Assembly (NCBI RefSeq): GCF_963921235.1
Contig: NC_086097.1
Location: 173,106,001 to 173,170,000 of the forward strand
From: Mobula hypostoma
Taxonomy: Eukaryota
DNA length: 64,000 nt
Reading direction: 5' to 3'
The position numbers were made by a program, and so were the translations under genes. Shown piece after piece: positions 11,670 through 24,015 of the stretch (position 1 is the first letter of the stretch; each line of letters starts with the position of its first letter). Below the pieces are notes generated by a model, which was given only the letters and a program-made list of their open reading frames with translations, had not been told where the DNA came from and searched no databases.

Positions 11670-13998
11670 CAATTAGCGATCTTGTCGTGAGAGGCCCCTT
11701 GGGTAAGAGTGACCATAATATGGTGGAATTCTTCATTAACATGGAGAGTGACGTAGTTAATTCAGAAACAAAGGTTCTGAACTTAAAGAGGGGTAACTTT
11801 GAAGGTATGAGACGTGAATTAGCTAAGATAGACTGGCAAATGACACTTCAAGGATTGACGGTGGATATGCAATGGCAGGCATTTAAAGGTTGCATGGATG
11901 AACTACAACAATTGTTCATCCCAGTTTGGCAAAAGAATAAATCAAGGAAGGTAGTGCACCCGTGGCTGACAAGAGAAATTAGGGATAGTATCAATTCCAA
12001 AGAAGTAGCATACAAATTAGCCAGAGAAAGTGGCTCACCTGAGGACTGGGAGAAATTCAGAGTTCAGCAGAGGAGGACAAAGGGCTTAATTAGGAAGGGG
12101 AAAAAAGATTATGAGAGAAAACTGGCAGAGAACATAAAAACGGACTGTAAAAGCTTTTATAGATATGTAAAAAGGAAAAGACTGATAAAGACAAATGTAG
12201 GTCCCCTGCAAACAGAAACAGGTGAATTGATTATGGGGAGCAAGGACATGGCAGACCAATTGAATAATTACTTTGGTTCTGTCTTCACTAAGGAGGACAT
12301 AAATAATCTTCCAGAAATAGTAAGGGACAGAGGGTCCAGTGAGATGGAGGAACTGAGCGAAATACATGTTAGTAGGGAAGTGGTGTTAGGTAAATTGAAG
12401 GGATTGAAGGCAGATAAATCCCCAGGGCCAGATGGTCTGCATCCCAGAGTGCTTAAGGAAGTGGCCCAAGAAATAGTGGATGCATTAGTGATAATTTTTC
12501 AAAACTCGTTAGATTCTGGACTAGTTCCTGAGGATTGGAGGGTGGCTAATGTAACCCCACTTTTTAAAAAAGGAGGGAGAGAGAAACCGGGGAATTATAG
12601 GCCGGTTAGCCTAACATCGGTGGTGGGGAAACTGCTGGAGTCAGTTATCAAGGATGTGATAACAGCACATTTGGAAAGCGGTGAAATGATCGGACAAAGT
12701 CAGCATGGATTTGTGAAAGGAAAATCATGTCTGACGAATCTCATAGAATTTTTTGAGGATGTAACTAGTAGAGTGGATAGGGGAGAACCAGTGGATGTGG
12801 TATATTTGGATTTTCAAAAGGCTTTTGACAAGGTCCCACACAGGAGATTAGTGTGCAAACTTAAAGCACACGGTATTGGGGGTAAGGTATTGGTGTGGGT
12901 GGAGAATTGGTTAGCAGACAGGAAGCAAAGAGTGGGAATAAACGGGACCTTTTCAGAATGGCAGGCGGTGACTAGTGGGGTACCGCAAGGCTCAGTGCTG
13001 GGACCCCAGTTGTTTACAATATATATTAATGACTTGGATGAGGGAATTAAATGCAGCATCTCCAAGTTTGCGGATGACACAAAGCTGGGTGGCAGTGTTA
13101 GCAGTGAGGAGGATGCTAAGAGGATGCAGGGTGACTTGGATAGGTTGGGTGAGTGGGCAAACTCATGGCAGATGCAATTTAATGTGGATAAATGTGAAGT
13201 TATCCACTTTGGTGGCAAAAATAGGAAAACAGATTATTATCTGAATGGTGGCCGATTAGGAAAAGGGGAGGTGCAACGAGACCTGGGTGTCATTATACAC
13301 CAGTCATTGAAAGTGGGCATGCAGGTACAGCAGGCGGTGAAAAAGGCGAACGGTATGCTGGCATTTATAGCGAGAGGATTCGAGTACAGGAGCAGGGAGG
13401 TACTACTGCAGTTGTACAAGGCCTTGGTGAGACCACACCTGGAGTATTGTGTGCAGTTTTGGTCCCCTAATCTGAGGAAAGACATCCTTGCCATAGAGGG
13501 AGTACAAAGAAGGTTCACCAGATTGATTCCTGGGATGGCAGGTCTTTCATATGAAGAAAGACTGGATGAACTGGGCTTGTACTCGTTGGAATTTAGAAGA
13601 TTGAGGGGGGGATCTGATTGAAACGTATAAGATCCTAAAGGGATTGGACAGGCTAGATGCGGGAAGATTGTTCCCGATGTTGGGGAGGTCTAGAACGAGG
13701 GGTCACAGTTTGAGGATAGAGGGGAAGCCTTTTAGGACCGAGGTTAGGAAAAACTTCTTCACACAGAGAGTGGTGAATCTGTGGAATTCTCTGCCACAGC
13801 AAACTGTTGAGGCCAGTTCATTAGCTATGTTTAAAAGGAAGTTAGATATGGCCCTTGTGGCTACAGGGGTCAGGGGGTATGGAGGGAAGGCTGGGTTCTG
13901 AGTTGGATGATCAGCCATGATCATAATAAATGGCGGTGCAGGCTCGAAGGGCCGAATGGCCTACTCCTGCACCTATTTTCTATGTTTCTATGTTTCTA
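11670..13998 (+). mobile_element. Young 5'-truncated CR1 LINE with uninterrupted RT domain
   Basis: 657-aa ORF 11648-13621 with KSPGPDG, NYRPVSLTS, YLDFQKAFDKV, GVPQGSVLGP, KFADD. A single extra G in the run at 13605-13611 shifts the last ~95 codons (to 13901). 3' UTR hairpin and (TTTCTATG)n tail ending at 13998. Confidence 0.95.
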
Positions 13999-16589
13999 AA
14001 CAAGGCGGATGAACTTAAGAGCGTGCATCAATACATGGAACTATGACATGGTGGCCATTACAGAGACTTGGATGTCTCGGGGGCAGGAATGGGTGCTGAG
14101 TGTGCCGGGCTTTAGATGTTTCAAAAAAGACAGGGAGGGAAGCAAAAGAGGTGGGGGCGTGGCATTGCTAATCAAGGATAGTATCACAGCTGCAAAAAAG
14201 GAAGAAGTCATGGAGGGATTGTCTACTGAGTCATTGTGGGTGGAAGTCAGAAACAGGAAGGGGGCAATAATTCTACTGGGTGTTTTTTTATAGATCCTCA
14301 ATAGTAATAGAGACATCAAGGAGCAGATAGGGAGGCAGATTCTGGAATGCTGCAATAATAATAGGGTTGTTGTGATGTGGGATTTTAACTTTCCTATTGA
14401 CTGGCATCTCCTTAGAGCAAGGGGTTTGGATGGGGTGGAGTTTGTTAGATGCATTGAGGAAGGTTTCCTGATGCAATATGTAGATAAGTCAATTTAAGGA
14501 GCAGCTGTACTTCAACTGCTATTGGTCAGGGATCAGATTTCTTGGTGGGAGAGCACTTTGGAGGTAGTGATCACAACTCTATCTCCTCTACCATAGTGCT
14601 GGAGAGGGATAGGGCAGACAATTTGGGCAAATATTTAATTGGGGTAGGGGGAAATATGATGCTATTAGGCAGGAACTTGGAGGCATAAATTGGGAGCAGA
14701 TTTTTCAGGGAAATGCACAGCAGAAATGTGGCAAATGTTCAGGGAACATTTGCATGGCGTTCTGCATAGGTATGTTCCATTGAGGCAGGGAAAGGATGGT
14801 AGGGTAAAAGAAACATGGTGTACAAAGTATGTAGAGAATCTAGCTAAGAAGTAAAGAAACAATTATGAAAGGTAAGAGAAACTAGGTACTGTTGGAGCTA
14901 TAGAAAATTACAAGGTTGCCAGGAAGGAGCTTAAAAATAAAATTAGGAGAGCAAGAAGGGGCCATGAGAAGGCCTTTGCGAGCAAGATTGAAGAAAACCC
15001 CAAGGCATTTTATAAGTATGCGAAGGGCAAGAGGATGAGCCATGTGAGGATAGGACAAATCAGGTGCGATAGTGCAAGCATCTGCATGGAGTCAGAGGAG
15101 GTAGTGAAGGTACTCAATGAATACTTCAGTATTCACCAGGGAAAAGGACCTTGGCAATTGTGGGTATGACCTACAGCGGACTGAAATATTTGAGCATATA
15201 AACATTAAGAAAGTCGGTGTGCTGGAGCTTTTGAAAAGCATTAAGTTAGATAAATCACTGGGTCCGGATGAGATATACAAGTGGGCAAGTTGTAGGAGAA
15301 GATCCTGAAAGGCAGGATTTATGAGCATTTGGAGAGACATTATCTGATTAGGGATAGTCAGCATGGCTTTGTCAAGGGCAGGTCATGCCTTATGAGTCTG
15401 ATTCAATTCTTTGAGGATATAACAAAACACATTGATGAAGGTAGAGCAGTGGATGTAGTGCATTGGATTTTAATATTTGATAAGGTTTCCCATGCAAGGC
15501 TCATTCAAAAAGTAAGGAGGCATGGGATCCAAGGAGACCTTGCTTTGTGGATCCAGAATTGAATGGCCCCCAGAAGGGTGGTTATAGATGGATCGTATAT
15601 TGCATGGAAGTCAGCGACCAGTGGTGTTCTGCAGGGATTTGTTCTGAGACCCCTCCTCTTTGTGATTTTTATAAATGACCTGGATGAGGAGGTTGAAGGG
15701 TGGATTAGTATGTTTGCTGACGACACAAAAGTTGGGGGGGTTGTGAATATTTCAGAGGGTTCTCAGAGGTTACAGCGGGACATTGATGGAATGCAGAACT
15801 GAGCAGAGATATGGCAGATGGAGTTCAGCCCAGATAAGTGTTAAGTGGTTCATTCCGGTAGGTCAAATTTAAAGACAGAATATAGTATTAATGGTAAGAC
15901 TCTTGGCAGTGCAGAGGATCAGAGAGATCTTGGGATCCATGTCCATAGGATACTCAAAGCTGCTATGCAGCATGGTTAAGAAAGCGTATGGTGTGTTGGC
16001 CTTCATCAACTGTGGGATTAAGTTCAAGAGCTGTGGAGTAGTGTTACAGCTATATAAGACCTTAGCTAGACCCCACTTGGAATACTGTGTTCAGTTCTGG
16101 TCACCTCACCACAGGAAGGATGTGGATACTATAGAGAGAGTGCAGAGGAGATTTACAAGGATGTTGCCTGGATTGGAGAGCATGCCTTATGAGAACAGGT
16201 TGAGTGAACTTGGCCTTCTCTCCTTGTCGAGTGACGGAGGTTGAAAGGTGACTTCATAGAGGTGTATAAGATGATGAGAGGCATTGATCATGTGGATAGC
16301 CAGAGGCTTTTTCTCAGGGCTGAAATGGCTAACACGAGGGGTCATGGAAATAGGTATCCAGAGGTAAGTTTTTCACACAGAGATTGGTGGGTGAGTGGAT
16401 TGCACTGCGACGATGGAAGAGGAGGATATAATAGGGTTTTTAATTAAAAAACTTTTAGATAGATACATGGAGCTTAGAAAAATAGAGGAATAAGTGGTAG
16501 GGAAATACTAGGCAGTTTCTGGAGTAGGTTACACGGTCGGCACAACATTGTGGGCCAAAAGACCTGTAATGTGCTGTAGAGTTCTGTGT

Positions 16590-16930
16590 GATGTTGAAAA
16601 AAGTTTGTACCTCGGGTTGAGGATGTTGTTGTTGAGTGACTCACCAAGCTGGCTTGTTAGCTTGCAGGTGTTTCGTTACCCTGCTAGACAACATCATCGG
16701 TGCAACTTCGAATGAAGTGTTGGTGATCTACATAGTTCGTCTTTTATGTGTCCTGTGATTAGTCCGTTTACACACACACACACACACAAACTGACTAATC
16801 ACAGGACACATAAAAGACGAACAACGTAGATCATCAACGCTTCATTCAAAGTTGCACCGATGATGTTGCCTAGCAGGGTAACGAAACGCCTGCAAGCTAA
16901 CAAGCAGCTTGGCAAGCTACACAACAACAG
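16590..16930. mobile_element. Palindromic Penelope-like-derived element, family B, with (AC)9 loop
   Basis: Arms about 16624-16769 and 16788-16929 are reverse complements; loop is (AC)9; each arm has a hammerhead-shaped motif. Inserted at the CR1 tail. Confidence 0.75.
16852..16895 (+). ncRNA. Variant/degenerate minimal hammerhead motif (family B)
   Basis: UUGCA CCGAUGA U GUUGCC-UAGCAG-GGUAAC GAA ACGC C UGCAA. Helices I and II pair well, but the core has U4C and U16.1C. Mirror copy at 16662-16705 on the minus strand. Confidence 0.55.
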
Positions 16931-16954
16931 ACTTCTATGTTCTATGTTCTATAT

Positions 16955-17652
16955 TCTTAATTGTAGGTTGAGTTGGCAGTAACGAACACAAATGTTTGCA
17001 TTCATTTCCAGAGCAGTAGAGTATAAAAGCAACAATGTAATGCTGAGGCTTCATAAAGCACTGGAGAGGCCTCAATCGGAGTATTGTGAGCAATACTCAT
17101 TTCCTAAGAGTACTATTGTACCCATTATCTAAGAAAGGATGTGCTGATATTGGAGAGGTTTCAAAGGAAGTTCACGAAAATGGTTTCCTGGAATGAAAAT
17201 CTTATCATATGAGGAGCGTTTGATTGTTCTGGGCTGGGCCTGTACTCGCTGGAATTTAGAATGAGGGGGAGGGGGGAATCTCATTGAAACCTATCGAATG
17301 TTGAAAGGCCTAGACAGAGTGGATGTAGAGAGGATATTTCCTACAGTGGGGAGTTTAGGACCAGAGGGCGTAACCTCAGAATAGAGGGATGTCTACTTAG
17401 AATGGAGCTGAGAAGGAATTTATTTATTCAGGGGGTGCTGATTCTGTGGAATTAATTGCTACATATGGGTATGAGGCCAAGTAATTAAGAGCAGTTAAGG
17501 CGGAGGTTGATAAGTCAGGGTGTGAATGGTTACAGGGAAAAGGCATGAGGATGGGGTTGAGAGGCAAATGGATCAGCCATGATCAAATGGCAGAGCAGAC
17601 TCAATTGGCCAAATGGCCTAATTCTCCTCCAATGTCTTACGGTCTTATGGTC
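16955..17652 (+). mobile_element. Old CR1 3' portion
   Basis: Decayed EYKS..VMLRL.KAL.RP, LYSLEFR and IETYRMLKGLDRVD motifs, CR1 3' UTR and tcttatgg tail. Confidence 0.75.
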
Positions 17653-17659
17653 TAAATGG

Positions 17660-19170
17660 TAATGATGCTTCACTTGCCGATGAGCTTCAATGCCTTTCAT
17701 GCACACTTTGAAAGGGAAAATAACATTGGTGCAAATCTCAACAGCATCAGGTGACCCTCTGATAACCAAGTATCCTTCGAGAGGGTGAACCCTCACAAGG
17801 CATTGGGCCCTGGCTGCGTATCTGCGCGGGTATTAAAAACCTGTGCCAACCAGTTGGCTGTTTCTCACCTGCTTCAAAAGGGCTGCAATCATTCTGGTGC
17901 CCAAAAAGAGCAGGAAAAATTGCCTCAATGATTATCGCCCAATAATTCAAAGTCAATTTATTATCCAAGAGTATGTACATGTCACATTATACTATCTTGA
18001 GATTCATTTTTTTTGCAGCCATTCACAGTAGGACAAAGAAATACAATAGTATCAATGAAAAACTACACACAAACTGACAAACAGACACGTGAGCAGCACA
18101 CACATCTACCGTAATGAAGTGCTTCAAGAGGTTTGGCATAACTGCTGCCCAAGCATGGACCTGGACCCACTGCAATTTGCCTCGCCATGCTCCAAGTCTG
18201 CTATGGATGCAATCTTACTGGTCCTCCATTCACTTTGGAGGACCTAGGCAACTGCAAGACACATGTCAGGCTGCTGTTTATCGATTATAGATCAGTGTCT
18301 AACATCATCATTCCTTCTGTACTACTGACCAAACTTCAAAATGTTGGCCCCTGTAACTCCCTCTACAACTGAATCCTTGAGTTCCTCATCAGGATAAACA
18401 GTCAATGTAGATCAGAAATAACATCTCCTCCTTGCTGACAATCAACGCAGGTGCACCTCAAGGATGTGTGCTTCGCAAATTGTTCTACCTTCTCTACACT
18501 CATGACTGTATGGCTAAGAACAGCTCAAGTGTCACCTATAAATATACTGATGACAGCATTCTGTTGGTAGACTCTCAGATGGTGACAAGTAGGCACACAG
18601 AAGTGAGATAGATCAGCTGCTTGAGTAATGTCGCAACAGCAAAGTCACACTCAACATCAGGAAGACCACGGAACTCCTGTGTGTCAACACCTCAGGGGAT
18701 CTATCCTGGGCCCAAGACATCGGTGCAATCACAAAGAAGGCACACCAGTTGACTATAATTCATTAGGAGTTTGAGGAAATTTGATATATCACCAAGAACT
18801 CTTACAAATTTCGATAGATTTACACCAGAAAGAATTCTAAATGGCTGTACCAAGTCAGTATGGAGGTCAGGCAGCATCAATGAAGGGGAATAAACAGTCG
18901 ACACTTCAGGACATGCTCTCTTCTTATTACTGCCTTTGGGGAAGGAGTTACAGGAGTCTGAAGATCCACATTCAATGATTTAGAAACAGCTTCCTTCTGC
19001 CATCAGATATCTGAATAGTCCATGAACACATAAATACTACCATTATTCCATTTTATTTACACTATTTTTTCACAACTTATGGATTTTTATGTCTTATGCA
19101 CTGTACTTCTGCTGCAAAAACAACAAATTCTACGCCATGGCAGAGATAATAAATTTGATTCTGATTTTTC
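17660..19170 (+). mobile_element. Highly degraded Rex1/Babar-type LINE
   Basis: CFKRAAIILVPKK..CLNDYRP, HVRLLFIDYRS..NIIIP, GAPQGCVL remnants; (TTCTGA)n-type tail near 19150-19165. Confidence 0.75.
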
Positions 19171-20039
19171 TCAGCTATTTGGAAAAGAAAGGTAATTTTT
19201 GTCAAAATTAATTTGGGTACCGACCTGAAACTACTGTCGAAATATAAAGAACTACAAATGATAAGCAGGTACGCTAACTACACAGTAAAGAAATGCATAC
19301 AGACATATTATTTAAATATACACTAAAACGTGACAAAACTATACAGCTGATTGATAAAAAAGAGAAGTTTTCATAGTCCTATAATTCAGAACACTTCTCC
19401 CTTCCAATTAAAGTTCAAAACCACAATCTGTGAATCATATTGGTGCGAAGTGTCCGACTTTATTCCCCAGTTGTTTTCTGGCTTCCAAAAGAAAACTATA
19501 CACATAGCATGAGACTGTAATGTGATATTCTGCAAGGCATAATCTGTGTTATTCTTCATTTTTTTAATGTCAGCTATAGTTTAAAAGACCATTGTTTACC
19601 TCGCAGCTCCATACATCAGTTGTCCCTAATGAGATCACATTTCCATTAGAACATTCAGCAGGGATCCCCTTTGTTGCTTGTTTCTTTGCATTAGCTTTTG
19701 AAATGCTGGCAACCAGTATTCATGTGAATCAAGACCTTCAAACCACAAGCAAATAACTTGTGGTTGAACTTCTTTCATAATTTTTATTCCAATGAAAATC
19801 ATAAACAGCAGCACAGACCAGTTAGATTGAGCGACCTGCTTCTATGCTGTAAATTCTACCTAATGCATGGAGAACGATAGCTGGGGTTTGTTCTTAATTC
19901 AACACTATTAATCTGTATGTTATGGATCAAATTTAATGTCACGATTCTTACATTATCCCTGTGGTTGAGCATCATCTTCCATCTTCATAAATGCAATTCA
20001 AAAGATGAGAAAGGAAATTGAAATCAGGTATGAGCTTAC

Positions 20040-20183
20040 CTCTGACATTTGGTCTGACACCACCACTCCAAGCATATTGGCTTCTATCAGCTGTTGTAAG
20101 AGCTGTACTTGAGCTACACTGAGGAAGAAATCCAGACTTGTGGTAACGTTGACTTCCAGTGAATGGCCGCACACTACTATTTC
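20040..20183 (-). CDS. VPS13B: VPS13B internal coding exon (144 nt, phase 0 to phase 0)
   Basis: accattgtAG|GAA ATA GTA...TCA GAG|GTaagc. Translation EIVVCGHSLEVNVTTSLDFFLSVAQVQLLQQLIEANMLGVVVSDQMSE matches recalled human EILVCGHSLEVNITTNLDFFLSVAQVQLLHQLI. This frame is not in the ORF track. Confidence 0.95.
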
Positions 20184-20981
20184 CTACAATGGTATTATAT
20201 ATAACATTATAATCTGATTTCCTGCATAGTAGCGTCATATGAATGTTTCAAAACAAGAATACCAAAATTAAAGTTGAAAGGTTATATGTGACACATATAT
20301 AATAAAAATGTAGTAAATTCAAATCTATATATCAGGCAGTTATTAATTCATAGAAAGTTTTTCCAGACTTTAGAAATGGGACTCATTCCCCACTGGCAGT
20401 CAGTCGGATCAGAGTTGATCTATCAACTTCTTGCACCCACCCTACTTCTGAAATTCTTATATATTTTATGAAAGTAAATTTGTTCAATCTCTATTTAGAA
20501 ACTTTTTAGAGTTTCCTTCAGCATCCTTGCCCCATTTGGTTTTTAGTGAAAGAGTAACCGGGAGTACTTCATTTGGTAGCCCCAGCTTCCAAGAGCAAAA
20601 GGAATTCTTTGTAAGTTGAGCTGGATGCAATTATAAAGCAACTGGGCAGACAAGAACTCATCTTTCTTTATGCAGAAATAGAATTTATATAAAAAAAACT
20701 GTCCATCAAATATGCTGCTAACTTTGAGAGAATTAACAGAATATTAACAAGTAAAATTTGACATCAAGCCACAACAAAAATTTAGGGCAAATAACCAAGT
20801 GCTTGATTTGACCTGTAAATTTAGTGACAAAATTATAGATCACTGATGACAAAACAACTAAATTCATGCAGACATGGAAAAGGGGATTAAAAAGGAAAAG
20901 TCAAAGCAACTTTAGTAGATAGAGAGTCTAGATAATTTTAGATGGCAGAGAGAGCAGTTCATTAAAACTCACATTACTGAC

Positions 20982-21105
20982 CTCAGTCTGTGCATTCTCA
21001 GGTGAGAGTTTTTTAAAAAGAATGGCAGGGGCAGCTGTTATTCGCAAACTGAAGTCTGTCAAAATTGGAGTTAATATTGCCCTTCGCTCTTGATGACGAC
21101 GAATA
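20982..21105 (-). CDS. VPS13B: VPS13B internal coding exon (124 nt, phase 2 to phase 0)
   Basis: tctttttacacAG|T ATT CGT CGT...ACT GAG|GTcagt. Translation (S)IRRHQERRAILTPILTDFSLRITAAPAILFKKLSPENAQTE matches recalled human SIRRHQERRAILTPVLTDFSVRITGAPAVIF. The first T completes the AG|T Ser codon from the upstream exon. Confidence 0.95.
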
Positions 21106-23619
21106 CTGTGTAAAAAGACATATAGTAATGCAATGTTATTATTCCTCTGCATCAACTTAGTTACAGACCAGTTGTCAAACTGGCAAATAAACATAGGTCA
21201 TTTCCAAATAATTAAATCAGATTGTTCGACGCAGCCTTCCTTACACTCCATAAATGAGTTACAGCTTAATAACTAAGGTCAAAATATTTACTGGGATGGG
21301 TTGTAGAGATGAGAAAAGTGGGTTAGTAGTGCACAAAATCCTTGGTTTCTGTATATTATGGAGATTCACACTCTCTTATCAATCCAACTGACTGATCTGG
21401 CATCCTGTAGGGCAGGAAATAGTCAAGCAGCCCATGGGAGGAAGAATGTCCAATCTATGGCCCAAGAAAGTCATGGTCCCGGACACCAAGTATTTTTGGA
21501 TAAGGTGATATGTCAATGATACGGTAGTTTTGCCTGGAAGTCCTCTTGATTCATAAAGAGTAATGTATATAAAGACAGTTCTGCTCTCCTTAGGCTTATT
21601 AATATATTCAAAACGTGAAACCATCTTCCAGTTGTGGATTGAATAAACACATCTTGCCCCATGGAAGTAAAACCTTGTCTGAAAGAATTTACCTCATATG
21701 CTTGGTCTTTTTCCCCATTTAATGTTCCAATAATCACCCAACCTTCTGACTTAATTATACTAGAATTCCCTCGAGCCAGTCAACAACTTGATCTATTATT
21801 TAGCAAAACAGGTGTCCATATTTTTCAATCCAGAACAGAAATGTAGTATGAAGAAAGCCATAGAAAATAATTGAAAAACGAAGAAAGTTCAGCATAAGAA
21901 AAACAAACTGTTCCCTTTTGTGGAAGAATCTAGAACTCTAGGGTCACAGTTTGAAAATATGAGACTGTTCACTGAGACAGAGTTAAGTAAATATTTTTTT
22001 CTCTCACGAGTCTTTGGAACTCTCTTCCATAAAGGCATTTAAATCAACGTTGTGATAGATAGTTAGATACTTGATAAGCAAGAGGTAGTGAAAATTTAGT
22101 GTGAAGAGGCTGAATGCACTTACAAGCAAATCAATATGAATTTATTAAATGGCAAAGTAGGCTGAAAGAACCAGAGATTTATTTCTAACTTATACATTTG
22201 TTTGTTCATATCTCTATGTTGAATTCCTCCTCAGGATGGAAGTACTTATTATTACAATAAAAAGCATTTTTTTCTTGAAGAATAAACTGAAGCTTTTTTT
22301 TACTCAAAATCAAACCTGACATACTGGGGCAGTCCTGAACTGGTTGAGGTATTGTCCTCCAAGTAAGATATTAAACAGAGGACTCATGTGCTCTACCTCA
22401 AGATCTCACTCAACTATGTTGAAGATAAACAGGGGACATATTCAAAGAGCTCTGGTCATCATGTCATCTCTCAAACAACATCAATAGAAACACAATATCT
22501 ACTCACTATCACATTCCTGCTTAAACTGGCTTGTTATGGAATTGGAATTGAATTGGTTTGTAACTTTCTGAAAGTATACTGAGATATAGTGAAAAAATTT
22601 GTTTGCATGCCATCCATGAAGATCATGCATACATTAGTACGCCAAAGCAGTGTAAAAAAAGGGAGAATGCAAATATAGTATAGGAGTTGCAAAGAAAGGG
22701 CAATACAGGTAAATAAATGAAGTGCAAGAACCATGATTGGGAGAAAAAGAATCCATCTTTAGCATATGAGTGGTCCATTCACATGATGACAGCTGGATAG
22801 AAGCTGTCATGGTACATGTGACAACAATAGACCATTCCTTGGGTCTGGTGGTGTGTGCTTTCAAGTTTTGTATCTTCTGCCTGTTGGCAGAGGGAGGAAG
22901 AGAGAATAACCAGGATGGGAGGGGTCACTGAATTTATTTTTGGGGAATTGCTATTATGATGATTTTCTTTGTAAATTCTTGTAACAAATAGCATCTATAG
23001 GGTTAAAATCGGTCTCAACTGAGACCGAAGGAATGATTATTGCTTTAAAAAATATATAATTCCAGAAGTCCTCTTCTGTTAATGACCTCTTGCCTCAAAA
23101 CCAATTAGTGTGCTTTAACAAGTTATCTCAAGCAGCATTTTACAAATATCTTCAAAAATAATTCATTTAAACTAAGCTTTCAATTTGGTCCTAAATTTGG
23201 TCGTGATGTTACACTGTACTCCACCAGATGGTACAAGTAAAGTAAGCACTAAATAATTTAGTTTGCTAATCCCAGATTCATGGCAGGATTTTCAAGAGCC
23301 CTTGCCCCATAAGATTTGAATTAGTTGACTTGAATTTCATAAGAATTTAGCTGCTGATGTAAAAACAGATCTTTCTTTACATCTGCAAAGTGGAATCTAA
23401 GATACACTTCTGAAGCATGTGGGACTTGATAAAAGGAAGGAATTGTAAGTTCTGTATAACAAAGTATTCCGAGACTCCCTTGGGGAGGAACTTATGAAGA
23501 GATGTGAGTAAAGTTCTATCTGCATGCCAAGTCAAATAAGGCTAGTCCACAACCAACACATGAAGCTTACAAACACTCCTTGCTGAAAGTGATCAATTCA
23601 AATGATTATTTTAAAGTAA

Positions 23620-24015
23620 TAGTCATAGTGCACAACAGCATGGAAACAGGCCCTTCAGCCCACACAGTCCATGCTGACCCAATCTTCTGTTTAGTCCCAT
23701 CTACCTGCACCTACAGCATATCCCTCCAAACCTCTTTGATCTATTTACCTATCCAAACTTCTCCTACATGTTACAATTAAACCTGCATCTATCACTTCTG
23801 CTGGCAGCTTATTCCTCACTTGCACCACTTTCTGAGTAAAGAAGTTTCCCCTCAGATCCCCCTTAAATATTTCACCTTTCACCCTCACCCTCTAGTTCTA
23901 GTCTCACTAAACCTCAGAGGAAAAAGCCAGCATGCATTTACCCCATCTATACCCCTCATTCTCCTGTTCTCTAGGGAATAAAGTCCTAACCTATTCAATC
24001 TTTCTGTAAAACTCA
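23620..24015 (-). mobile_element. CR1 3' fragment
   Basis: Minus ORF ERLNRLGLYSLENRRMRG...LFPL..SETRTRG plus 3' UTR. Confidence 0.75.

Larger units (their letters stand above)
10260..16590 (+). mobile_element. Near-full-length decayed CR1 LINE (middle element), split by younger insertions
   Basis: ORF1 remnants: zinc finger (YTCGKCIQL), SGNH-like GDPIVRGTDRRFC, VVVHIGTND. ORF2 begins LRCLYFNA at 11648, resumes at 13999 (VAITETW, GGGVALLI, SQHGFVKGRSCL, FADD, RPHLEYCVQFWSP). 3' UTR at about 16500-16590; TTCTATG tail at about 16933-16952. Confidence 0.85.

Noticed and set aside
11648..13621. 657-aa ORF as a host or domesticated gene
   Set aside because: Ordinary CR1 ORF2, highly similar to the copy at 58.9-61.2 kb and ending in a CR1 tail; openness is explained by youth.
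19972..20238. 88-aa minus ORF MTLLCRKSDY...
   Set aside because: Alternative frame over the real VPS13B exon; the conserved frame is EIVVCGHSLEV...
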